From contig JBJXGB010000222.1 in NCBI GenBank assembly GCA_046152935.1, positions 1,648 through 65,647 of the forward strand: DNA of 64,000 nucleotides. Direction: 5' to 3'. The position numbers were made by a program, and so were the translations under genes. Under the pieces are notes generated by a model. It was not told the origin of the DNA. It ran no database searches and worked only from the letters and a program-made list of their open reading frames with translations. Numbering within the stretch: position 1 is the stretch's first letter; each line of letters starts with the position of its first letter. Origin of the DNA: Cytophagales bacterium (GTDB lineage: Bacteria; Bacteroidota; Bacteroidia; Cytophagales; UBA9547). Below, in pieces: positions 49,928 through 59,800 of the stretch.

Positions 49928-50644
49928 TTATCTATTAACGTTCAAAAGTTTGCCATTCGTATAAATTGGTAGCACATCATATTTGTCGCTTGTCATACAA
50001 AATTCTATATCTTTATGGATATTGAGTTTGGCAAGTCGTTTTGCATGGGTCGATTTTCTAGTCAAATCTATGATTTCATTTTTTGAAGATTGGTAAAGAA
50101 CAAGAGAAGACAACGCTGCATCTTGGTCAATATCAAAACTTTCGGTCAATTTTTCGATCAAAGCACCTGCAAACAAAGTATCTTCAAGATTAAAATGTCC
50201 TTTCCACCCAGCACATAGTATAATACAGCTCTTGCCAGTTTCTAGCAAATAATTTGCAACACTAGAAATATTCAAAAAACTGCCCACTACGATCGTATCT
50301 GCCTCGGTCGATTGTGTGATTGCCTGTGTACCATTGGTAGTAGTAATGGCAATCGTTTTGCCTTTCATGGCTTCATTCATGTAACTAAATGGCGAATTGT
50401 CAAGGTCAAAACCTTCCACTTTCATGCCATCTCGTTCGGCAGCGGCAAGCAAGCCAGAAATTTGTAAATCTCGGCATTCTTCAACTTCAGCAACGGGAAT
50501 AATACTTTCTACACCGTGTGCAAAAGCAGTTACCATACACGAAGTGGCTCTGAATATATCTGCCACTACTACAATTTTACCTTTCAATTCGTGCTGAAAC
50601 AAAAAATGGGGACTAAAACAAACTTCAATATTAGGTATTGGCAT
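49928..50644 (-). CDS. comB: 2-phosphosulfolactate phosphatase (ComB) family protein
   Basis: N-terminal VVVADIFRATSCMVTAF and DLDNSP blocks typical of the ComB family. 238 aa. Confidence 0.7.
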   Translation of the reverse strand: MPIPNIEVCFSPHFLFQHELKGKIVVVADIFRATSCMVTAFAHGVESIIPVAEVEECRDLQISGLLAAAERDGMKVEGFDLDNSPFSYMNEAMKGKTIAITTTNGTQAITQSTEADTIVVGSFLNISSVANYLLETGKSCIILCAGWKGHFNLEDTLFAGALIEKLTESFDIDQDAALSSLVLYQSSKNEIIDLTRKSTHAKRLAKLNIHKDIEFCMTSDKYDVLPIYTNGKLLNVNR

Positions 50645-50656
50645 TGTTGTATGTAA

Positions 50657-51742
50657 TTATATAAATGGGAACTTTGTCACTAATGCCTTTACCTTATTTT
50701 CTCTTATTCCAATAAAAATTTCTGTGCCAATTGTTGAAAATTCCTTTTTCACATATCCCAAACCTATTCCAACACCAAGAATGGGCGATTGTGTTCCAGA
50801 TGTAACTTCTCCAATTTTTTCTTCTTGCGCGTTGAATATTTCGTAATGACTTCGAGGAATTCCTCTTTCTACCATCTTAAAACCCACGAGTTTTTTAGCT
50901 ACACCAGTTTCCTTTTGTAATTTCAGCACCTCTGAATTAATGAAATTCTTTTCAAAACTTGTGATCCAACCTAAGCCAGCTTCAATTGGCGAGGTGGTGT
51001 CATCAATATCATTGCCGTACAGACAAAATCCCATTTCCAATCGCAGCGTATCTCGAGCTCCTAATCCGATTGGTTTGATGCCAAATTCTTTTCCTGCTTC
51101 CAAGATAGCATTCCACATTTCAACTGCGTTTTCATTTGGAATATACACTTCAAAGCCGCCAGCACCAGTGTAGCCAGTATTGGAGATCAAGATGTCCTTA
51201 ATGCCAGCCAATTCAATTTTATGGGCGAAGGTATAATACGACAAAGTCGCTAAATCGAAAGAAGTTAGCTTTTGCAATGCCAATGTTGCTTTGGGCCCTT
51301 GCACGGCAAATAAGCACAATCTATCAGATAAATTCTCTAATTCTGCCCCAAAACTGTTGTTTTTATTGATCCAATTCCAATCTTTCTCAATATTTGAAGC
51401 ATTTACCACCAAAAAATAAGCCTCGTTTGCGATACGATATACAAGAATATCATCTACAATTCCACCATTATCATTCGGCAAACACGAATATTGCACTTTT
51501 CCATCATGCAGTTTTGCTACATTATTGGATGTTACAAATTGTAATAAATCAAACGCTTTGGGCCCACTCACTAGAAATTCGCCCATGTGTGATACATCAA
51601 AAATACCTACTGCATGTCGCACATTGTTGTGCTCATCGATATCAGATGAATACCTTACCGGCATTTCAAAACCCGCAAACGGCACAATTTTGGCACCCAA
51701 TTGCGTATGTACTTGGTGTAGAGGAACTTGCTTTAAATTCAA
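50657..51742 (-). CDS. gcvT: glycine cleavage system aminomethyltransferase T
   Basis: [18 protein letters not shown]...[11 protein letters not shown]...GYTGAGGFE are GcvT blocks. TTG start at 51742. Confidence 0.93.
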   Translation of the reverse strand: MNLKQVPLHQVHTQLGAKIVPFAGFEMPVRYSSDIDEHNNVRHAVGIFDVSHMGEFLVSGPKAFDLLQFVTSNNVAKLHDGKVQYSCLPNDNGGIVDDILVYRIANEAYFLVVNASNIEKDWNWINKNNSFGAELENLSDRLCLFAVQGPKATLALQKLTSFDLATLSYYTFAHKIELAGIKDILISNTGYTGAGGFEVYIPNENAVEMWNAILEAGKEFGIKPIGLGARDTLRLEMGFCLYGNDIDDTTSPIEAGLGWITSFEKNFINSEVLKLQKETGVAKKLVGFKMVERGIPRSHYEIFNAQEEKIGEVTSGTQSPILGVGIGLGYVKKEFSTIGTEIFIGIRENKVKALVTKFPFI

Positions 51743-52139
51743 TTTTAATTATATTATGTTCGTGAGGGCAAAAGTATCATTTTTTAATGAAAGAGCCTCA
51801 TTATTCTGTCACTTGAGCTAGCTCAGCACTTACTCGGCAAAAAACCAAACATCGATTCAAAAAGCACCGTGAACTCTCGCTGAAACAAAGATGAGCACAA
51901 AACAAAAACAATAAAAAAAAGCCTCAATAAAAGTACACATTTGGCATTTATTACTAAACGAAAAGCGAGACAAAAATTTCGTAATATATTCATTATCAAT
52001 GTATTGTGTAACAATTACTGTTACAAATATTCAACCTATCTGAGACAGCATAAAATAGCGTTTGTTTTTATTCTAAAAATAATTGCTTACATTTAAAGCT
52101 TGTTGAATTTACAATAGGCAAAACCACCATACTAACACG

Positions 52140-55100
52140 ATGAATTCTATTTTAAAAAGAGTTCTTGAGATAGATGATAAAGAAGTAACCCCAGTATTGC
52201 TACTTCTGGCAAACTCATTTTTTATAGGGGTATTTATCGTGAGCTACGATGTCGCGGCAAACACGATTTTCCTCAACACGTTTGGTACCGAATATTTAAC
52301 ACGTATTCCCATATTTTCCGGAGCTTTGGGCATGATTTCCACCTCAATTTTTGCATATTTTCAACGAAGATTGCCATTTACACGCCTCACTCTATATTGC
52401 TTTAGCATTATTACCATCATAGTAGCCGCACTTTTTTTTGGGCTAGAATTTTACGACAGTCGTGCTTTGAAATTCGTTTCCTATTTACTTTTAGGTCCAA
52501 TCAATACCATTTTTATTCTGTGTTTTTATGGTACAGTTTCTCGTTCTTTCTCATTAAAAAGAGAGCGACACATGACAGGTACGGTAGATCAGGGCCAGAT
52601 GATCGCTACTGCTATCGCCTATTTCACGATTCCACTCGTTTCAGGCATTGTAGTTGATATTACAAAATTTTTCATTGCCAGCGTCATTAGTGGATCGTTA
52701 GCATTCGTGTTCATGTTTATTTTTCTGGTAAAATATGGCATAAATGCCCAACTAGAACGCAGTATCACCCATAATCAACGAGCGAGCAACACAGAATTGG
52801 CCGCCAGCCCTTACGTGCGGATGCTTGCTATGGTGTTTTTTGGCTCAGTACTGGCCACTATCTTTTTAGAGTATTCGTTCCTTACCGTAACAGTCGAAAA
52901 ATACAAAGACCAAGATTCTTTGGCCAGTTTTTTGGGTATTTATGGTGGATTGGTGACGGTATTTAGTGTGATCTTACAGACTTTCGTGGCCGATAGGGTC
53001 ATAAAATTGTATGGGATGAAAATATCTTTGATTTTAATTCCTAGCATATTGGGGCTATTTGCCATCTTGGCATCTTTAATTGGCACGTTTTTTGGCTACA
53101 CGGCCAACGATTCCAGTTTTATTCTCTTCTTTTTGTTTATGGCCATGAGCAAGTTATTTCTTCAATCGCTCAAGGAAGCATTTGAAGATCCTATTGTTAA
53201 AAACTTGTTTATCCCACTCGATTCAAAAAAACGCTACGATATTCAAACCAAAATAGAAGGCTTTTTCAAAGAATTTTCTGGTTTCATTGCAGGTACACTT
53301 CTCACGATTGTCAGTTATTTCAGTTTTGTAAATTTAATTTTTTACTCATATTTCCTTGCTGCTATATGTGCATTCTATTTTTATGTAGTAATAAGGCTGT
53401 TCGTTGAATATCGAAAAAACCTCACAGAAGCCTTGTTGAAGCAACAAGGCAAAGAAGCTGAAAGCGATAAGAAAGAATACGAAGTTACTGATGTACTAAT
53501 AAAAGAGTTGGAAACTGGCAATGTGAATACAATTATTTACACGCTCAAATTACTAGAAAAAATAGAGCCCATCATGGCTGAAGGTCGATTTACAAAATAC
53601 CTGAACGATCAAAACAAAGACCTGAGACAATATTCATTGCTTAGGCTTGAATCAAATAGAGCACTTAAAGCAATTGAAGAAATAACAAAACTAGAAGCCA
53701 GAGAAAACGACCCAGAAATAAAGTTGCTTGCCAGCAAAGCGCTAAAGGAATTAAACAACACCGACAGGGTAGAAATTGGTCATTTAATGACGTACACTTT
53801 GGTAAAATCAAAAAAGGTAGAAACTAGGATATATGCTGCGAGGCTCATTGCCAAAACTACAGAAGATGCTTATTTGCCCCAATTAATGCTTCTTTTGCGA
53901 GATTTGGACCCGAAAGTACGCTTTGCGGCCATGATATCTTCGGCACAAATGCAAAGAACAGAGACCTGGCCCATATTAATAGAATACCTATCTTCTTACA
54001 CATTTTGCAATGTTTCGGCTGCCGCTCTCATTACCTTTGGCGAATTGGTATTGCCTGCACTTGAAGCAGCATTTTATAAAACCAATCAATCGGCTACTAT
54101 TCAAGAAAAAATAGTGCAGATATATGGCAGAATTCAGGGCGATAAAGTGATCTCTCTGCTTTGGAATAAGATTGATTTTCCCGACAAAAAGATAGTAAAT
54201 AATGTTTTATTGTGTTTGAGTAGTTGCGGTTTTAGGCCAGAAGGCGATCGTATTGTGCGTATAAAACAGCAAATCGAGTCTGAAATTGGTAATTCGGCTT
54301 GGAACATTGCAGCCCTTACCGAAATACCGCAAACTGAAGAAACCATATTGCTAAAACAAGCATTGGAAGAGGAGATAGCCTTTAATTTCGAGAACATTTA
54401 TATGCTATTGGCTTTGATATACGATTCTCAAGCCATCAAATTAGTGAAAGACAATATTGAATCTGGCACCGTAGAGGGGTTGGTATATGCAATAGAGCTA
54501 ATCGATGTGTTTATGGCAGAGGAATTGAAACCTATATTTCTGCCATTGATAGAAGACATCTCGCAATCGGAGCGCACAGAAAGATTGCAAGGGAGCTTTC
54601 CAAGGCAAAAACTTGACAGCATTGAAGTGCTAAAACAAATCATCAACCGAGATTATAATAAAGTAAATAAATGGACCAAAGCCTGTGCCATGTATTGCTA
54701 CGCAAATATGCAAGAATCTGAAATGTGCGATGATCTTACGGCCAATTTATTCAACCCCGACCCCTTATTAAGAGAAATATCTGCTTGGTCGATCGTTAAG
54801 AAAGATTATTACAGCTACAAACAAAATTCGAATCGATTGGTAGAAAATATAAGAAAAGAGCTTGATTCACAATTTTTAAATGCCACCCATGATGAAAACG
54901 AGCCTAGAAAACAATTGAGCAGAATTGAAAAAATATTTTTCCTAAAAGAGCTTCCGGCTTTTAAAAATGTTCCGGGTGTTATTTTGGTAGAGTTTGTAGA
55001 GCTAATTGAAGAGGTGATAATAAAAAAAGATGCGGTAATTCTGGATTTTGGCGCTACCGGACAGTCGCCACTTTATATTATTGTAAAGGGAAACGCAGAG

Positions 55101-55364
55101 GTAAAAAGCGAATCTGGCGAAATCATTACAATCATTGGCGAAAAGGAAATGATAGGAGAAATGCTAATACTCGATACCGACCACAACCATCACGAAATTA
55201 TTGCCTCAGAAGATTGCATTCTATTTAAAATAGACAAAGACCGATTTCTGGAGCAAATCACTGATAATTTTGAAATTGCAAAAGAATTAATCCAAGTAAT
55301 TTCTTCAAAATTCAAAGCCATAGAAGAAATAAAGATAGAATCGAAAGAAGTGTTTGAAAGCTAA
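52140..55364 (+). CDS. polytopic membrane protein: 12-TM transporter-like domain + HEAT/ARM-like repeats + C-terminal cyclic-nucleotide-binding-like domain
   Basis: 12 hydrophobic helices in aa 1-425. HEAT-like repeats in aa ~450-900 (LRDLDPKVRFAAMISSAQ, ENDPEIKLLASKALKEL, NPDPLLREISAWSIVKK). CNB-like beta-roll in aa 926-1055 (FLKELPAFKNVPG...IIGEKEMIGEMLIL...). Confidence 0.7.
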   Translation: MNSILKRVLEIDDKEVTPVLLLLANSFFIGVFIVSYDVAANTIFLNTFGTEYLTRIPIFSGALGMISTSIFAYFQRRLPFTRLTLYCFSIITIIVAALFFGLEFYDSRALKFVSYLLLGPINTIFILCFYGTVSRSFSLKRERHMTGTVDQGQMIATAIAYFTIPLVSGIVVDITKFFIASVISGSLAFVFMFIFLVKYGINAQLERSITHNQRASNTELAASPYVRMLAMVFFGSVLATIFLEYSFLTVTVEKYKDQDSLASFLGIYGGLVTVFSVILQTFVADRVIKLYGMKISLILIPSILGLFAILASLIGTFFGYTANDSSFILFFLFMAMSKLFLQSLKEAFEDPIVKNLFIPLDSKKRYDIQTKIEGFFKEFSGFIAGTLLTIVSYFSFVNLIFYSYFLAAICAFYFYVVIRLFVEYRKNLTEALLKQQGKEAESDKKEYEVTDVLIKELETGNVNTIIYTLKLLEKIEPIMAEGRFTKYLNDQNKDLRQYSLLRLESNRALKAIEEITKLEARENDPEIKLLASKALKELNNTDRVEIGHLMTYTLVKSKKVETRIYAARLIAKTTEDAYLPQLMLLLRDLDPKVRFAAMISSAQMQRTETWPILIEYLSSYTFCNVSAAALITFGELVLPALEAAFYKTNQSATIQEKIVQIYGRIQGDKVISLLWNKIDFPDKKIVNNVLLCLSSCGFRPEGDRIVRIKQQIESEIGNSAWNIAALTEIPQTEETILLKQALEEEIAFNFENIYMLLALIYDSQAIKLVKDNIESGTVEGLVYAIELIDVFMAEELKPIFLPLIEDISQSERTERLQGSFPRQKLDSIEVLKQIINRDYNKVNKWTKACAMYCYANMQESEMCDDLTANLFNPDPLLREISAWSIVKKDYYSYKQNSNRLVENIRKELDSQFLNATHDENEPRKQLSRIEKIFFLKELPAFKNVPGVILVEFVELIEEVIIKKDAVILDFGATGQSPLYIIVKGNAEVKSESGEIITIIGEKEMIGEMLILDTDHNHHEIIASEDCILFKIDKDRFLEQITDNFEIAKELIQVISSKFKAIEEIKIESKEVFES

Positions 55365-55378
55365 TAATAAAATCGGAG

Positions 55379-56860
55379 ATGAATTTTACATTTGATATAT
55401 ACATAAGCTATGCTTTAAAAGATAATCACCAAACTGACTCTCAAGCAGGATGGGTGAGTAATTTTCAGCGTTTTTTAGAAACTCTCATCTTTCAAATTAT
55501 GGGCGAAAAGCCTAGTTTTCTAAATTATGAAAGCCAAGAAAAACCTGCAAAATCAGAATTAGTAAAAGTGGCGGTGTTTGTATGCATTGTTTCGCCAGAA
55601 TATGTAAAAAGCGAGTCTTCGATCGAAGAGATAGACGACTTTTTCAATATAGCCAACACCAACGGAAATCTATTCGTCAATGGCAAAGAAAGGGTACTTA
55701 AGGTAGTGAAATTTCCAGTTCCAATGCTAGAGCAGCCGACTAAAGTAGCGAATCTATTGGAATACGATTTGTATCAAACCGATAGTATCACTGGACAGCC
55801 TAATGAATTTGTAGATTTTTTCAATATTGAAGCTCAAAGAAAATATTGGCTAAAAATAGTAGACTTAGCTTACGATATTTCTGCGATCTTAAAATCAAAT
55901 CGGAAGCGTAGCGTAGCTCAACAAGACTATTCGATTTACAACGAAAAAAATGTGTATTTAGCAGAATCCGGCTTTGATTTACAACTACATAGAGATAGCA
56001 TCAAACGCGAACTTACCAGACATGGTTTCCGTGTTTTGCCCGACCACGCCTTGCCCACAAATCTGTTAGAACTTGAATTAGCCATCAAAAAAGACATCGA
56101 ACGCTCGAGGCTTTCCATACATTTGGTTGGCGATAGCTATGGTGAATATGCGCCCACATCTCCCAAATCAATACTAGAAATTCAGAATAAACTGGCTGGT
56201 GATCACAGCATTATTTCATCTGGCTCTGCAAACAGTAGATTTAGCCGTCTGATCTGGATTTCGCCCGATGCAAAACTCGACAATGACAAGCAAAAAATGT
56301 TTATCGATAATTTGAGGCGAGATCTTGAAGCCAATGAAGGAGCTGAAATACTTCAGTCGCCCATTGAAGACTTCAAAATGGTGGTTTTAGGAGAATTACT
56401 AGATTTGAACATTGAAAAATTAAAAAGGGAAACCATTTTGAGTGGTCAAATTAACCAAGACAAAAAAAACATTTATCTTATATTTGACAATGTAGATCGG
56501 ATTGAAGCTCAGAAAATAGCCGATTTTTTAAATTACAAGGGCTATCAAACAATATTGCCTTCTTTTGAAGGCGAACTTTTAGAATTGAGAGAAATTCATC
56601 TCAATAATTTGAAACAATGCGATGCAGCCCTCATCTACATTGATAAAGTAAATGATTTGTGGGTACAAATGAAATTTTTAGATTTGCTAAAAGCACCTGG
56701 ACTAGGCCGTACAAAACAAGAGCTATTCAAAGCCCTTGTTTTAGGCAAAGATGTCAAAAATAGAGCTGGAGATTTGAATAAATTCGATGCCCCAGTATTT
56801 GAAATAAACGACAATATTGAAAATTCATTAGCCGGATTTATCAAAGAATTTGCACTATGA
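55379..56860 (+). CDS. protein with an N-terminal TIR-like domain followed by two further TIR/flavodoxin-like modules
   Basis: FDIYISYALKD...W...VAVFVCIVSPEYVKSESSIEEI fits the bacterial TIR pattern (D[IV]FISY..D; S..Y..S.....E). Internal repeats KNVYLAESGFD...GFRVLPD and KNIYLIFDNVD...GYQTILP. Confidence 0.65.
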   Translation: MNFTFDIYISYALKDNHQTDSQAGWVSNFQRFLETLIFQIMGEKPSFLNYESQEKPAKSELVKVAVFVCIVSPEYVKSESSIEEIDDFFNIANTNGNLFVNGKERVLKVVKFPVPMLEQPTKVANLLEYDLYQTDSITGQPNEFVDFFNIEAQRKYWLKIVDLAYDISAILKSNRKRSVAQQDYSIYNEKNVYLAESGFDLQLHRDSIKRELTRHGFRVLPDHALPTNLLELELAIKKDIERSRLSIHLVGDSYGEYAPTSPKSILEIQNKLAGDHSIISSGSANSRFSRLIWISPDAKLDNDKQKMFIDNLRRDLEANEGAEILQSPIEDFKMVVLGELLDLNIEKLKRETILSGQINQDKKNIYLIFDNVDRIEAQKIADFLNYKGYQTILPSFEGELLELREIHLNNLKQCDAALIYIDKVNDLWVQMKFLDLLKAPGLGRTKQELFKALVLGKDVKNRAGDLNKFDAPVFEINDNIENSLAGFIKEFAL

Positions 56861-59800
56861 CACCTGAAATAAATACCAACCAAGACGTAGCCAAGCAAAA
56901 GCTGGTAAAAAATCACAGCAACCCATTCCCAGGCCTGCGACCATTTAGCATGGACGAAAGCCATTTATTCTTTGGGCGAGAAGGGCAAAGCGATGAAGTT
57001 TTGAGGAAAATCTCTGAAAATAAATTCGTAGCTGTCATTGGCTCGTCTGGCAGCGGAAAGTCGTCTTTTATATATTGTGGCGTAATACCAATATTATATG
57101 GTGGTTTTCTTACAAAAATTGGCACTAATTGGGACGTAATCGTTACCAGACCAGGCGGTGGCCCAATCGACAACTTAGCCGAATCTATAGCCAAAAAAGA
57201 TAAAAATTACAGTTCACTCACTAGAGAGGAAAAAACCTTACAAAAAACCATCACTTCTACGCTTCTAAGAAGCAGCTCCTTGGGCATAACGGAAGCGGTG
57301 AGTAAATACACCGAGACTGAGAACACCAATATATTGTTAATAGTCGATCAATTTGAAGAATTATTTCGTTTCAAAAAGAATGAGGAAAACGAAGGAAGCA
57401 GTGAATCATTGGCGTATGTAAATCTTTTGGTAGATGCGGTACAAAATGCAGGAAACCACATATATGTAGCAGCCACAATGCGATCCGATTTTATAGGCGA
57501 ATGTGCTCAATTTCCACAACTTACAAGACTTATCAATCAAAGTAATTACCTTATTCCTCAAATGACGAGGGAACAAAAACGCTCAGCAATATTTGGGCCA
57601 GTTTCTGTTGGTGGAGCTAAAATTACACCTCGTCTTTTGCAACAAATATTAGGCGATCTGGGCGACAATCCCGATCAATTGCCGATCATGGCGCACTCAT
57701 TGATGAGGACTTGGGATTACTGGCAAACAAATAAAGAAGACAATGAGCCAATGGATTTACCTCATTATGAGGCCATTGGCACTATGTCGGGTGCACTTTC
57801 TCAACATGCCAATGAAGCATACGATGAGCTAAATGCCCGTGAGAAAGAAATCTGTGCCATTCTTTTTAAATGCTTAACAGAAAAAACTGGTGATTCTGAT
57901 GGCATTCGCAGACCAACTCGGGTAAATGTGATCTCGAAAATTGCCAATTGCACAGATGATGAAATAATAAATATCGTTGAGGTTTTTCGTAAGCCAGGTC
58001 GGTCGCTCATCATGCCACCTTTTGGTGTAAATCTTTCACCAAATTCGATAGTCGATATTTCGCACGAATCTTTAATGCGAATATGGGTACGACTCAAAAA
58101 CTGGGTTGATGAAGAAGGGCAAGCCGTAGAAATGTATTTACGACTTTCAGATGCTGCTTCCAAATACCAAACTGGAAAATCTGGAATGTGGAGACCACCA
58201 GATTTGCAATTGGCTTTAAATTGGCAAGAAAAGAATATTCCGACATTGGAATGGGCTGTGAGATACAACCCTGCTTATGAAAGAACGATGGTTTTTCTTG
58301 AAACAAGTAAGAAAGCCTTTGAAACAGAGCAGAAAGTAAAAGAGGAACAGCAACGTAAAAGATTGGCTCAAGCCACTCGCACGGCCCTTTTTCTAGGGGT
58401 GCTTACCGTATTGGCGTTGGTAGCATTTGTGTATTCGTTTATATTGAAAATTGAGGCAGACAAACAAACAGGCCTTGCAAAAGAAAGCCAATTACAAGCA
58501 ATAAAACAATCTAAACTGGCCACAAAAAATGCCAAATTAGCTGAAGAGCAACGGATAATTGCCTCTGCAAAAGAAAAAGAAGCAGTTTTGCAATCAGAAG
58601 AAGCCAAGCACCAAAAAGAATTGGCTTTGGTAGCTGCCGATGAGGCGAATTTGCAAAAATCTTTTGCTCAAAAAAGCTTAGTAAGAGCCAACGTGCAAAC
58701 CAAAATTGCTGAAGAACAGAAAGCATTGGCTCTATTAAATGAGCAGAAAGCCAAAGATTCGCAAATAAAGGCAGAAAGAGCCCAAACTGACGCCTCAAGA
58801 CAACGTTTTTTATCTATTGCACAAGCCATGTCCGTGAAATCTTTGCAGATTTTAGATACCACGACCAAAGTGCTGGTGGCTCAACAAGCGTTCAAATACA
58901 ACCGAGATTTTAAAGGAAATCCACACAGCCACGATGTATACGATGGCTTGTATTACGCTACAAAATTTCTTTTTCACGACAATCATAATAGCCTAAAAGG
59001 CCATTCGGATGCTGTGAGAGGTGTGGTATTCGCTCCAAATGGAGATTTGTACACCGCAGGAAGCGATGGAAAAGTACTAAAATGGAGCATGGAAAATGGG
59101 ATATATAAAAGTGTATTATTCCATAAAAATTCCTTTATCAACAGAAATATCATAATCAGCAGCAACGGCAAATGGCTGGCTTTGGTTGGCGAAGCACCAT
59201 TTATACAACTGTTTGATTTATCAAACCCAAACAGCAAGCCCAAAAAGCTGTATGGGCATAAAGGACAAATCTGGACAGCTACTTTCATGCCTGACAACCA
59301 AAATTTGGTTTCAATTGGTTCTGATAGTTCTATTCTGATGCGAAATTTGGATACTGACAAATATTTTTTAGTAGCTAAAACGAGCACAAAAGTCAAAACA
59401 CTAGCTACCAGTTCTGTTGGCAATTATATAGCAGGTGGCGATGAAATCGGCAATATTTTTGTTTGGGATGTTGGCAAAACGAAAGCCCCAATGGTAATTA
59501 CATCAAAAAACCTTAAGAAAATACAATCTCTATCTATTAGTCTGGATGGTAAATATTTGGCAGCTGGCGATGAACATGGTTTGGTGAAAATATGGGACGC
59601 ATTCGATAACTTCAAATTGACAGCCAACCTTACAGGCCACCGATCTCGCATTAATGATTTAAAATTTGACCCAAAAAGTGAAGTTCTAGCAACAGCCAGC
59701 TTCGATGGAAGCGTAAGAATGTGGGATTTAGATCACTTAAACGAGCAGCCAATTACACTTCGAGATCACAATTCTTGGGTTTGGTCCGTAGCTTTTACAG

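Noticed and set aside
26107-51742. Non-ATG initiation codons on several well-supported genes: TTG for pyrB, gcvT and the VWA protein; TTG or GTG for the OM barrel; GTG for murA and GH57.
   Set aside because: The N-termini align with where these families normally start and no in-frame ATG is available. Alternative starts are normal in bacteria, so this is recorded as an annotation detail rather than a finding.
51743-51900. Looked for a glycine riboswitch in the gcvT leader (- strand).
   Set aside because: The conserved GGAGAG...ACCGAAGGGGCAA-type cores are not present in the reverse complement. Only a short palindrome was found.
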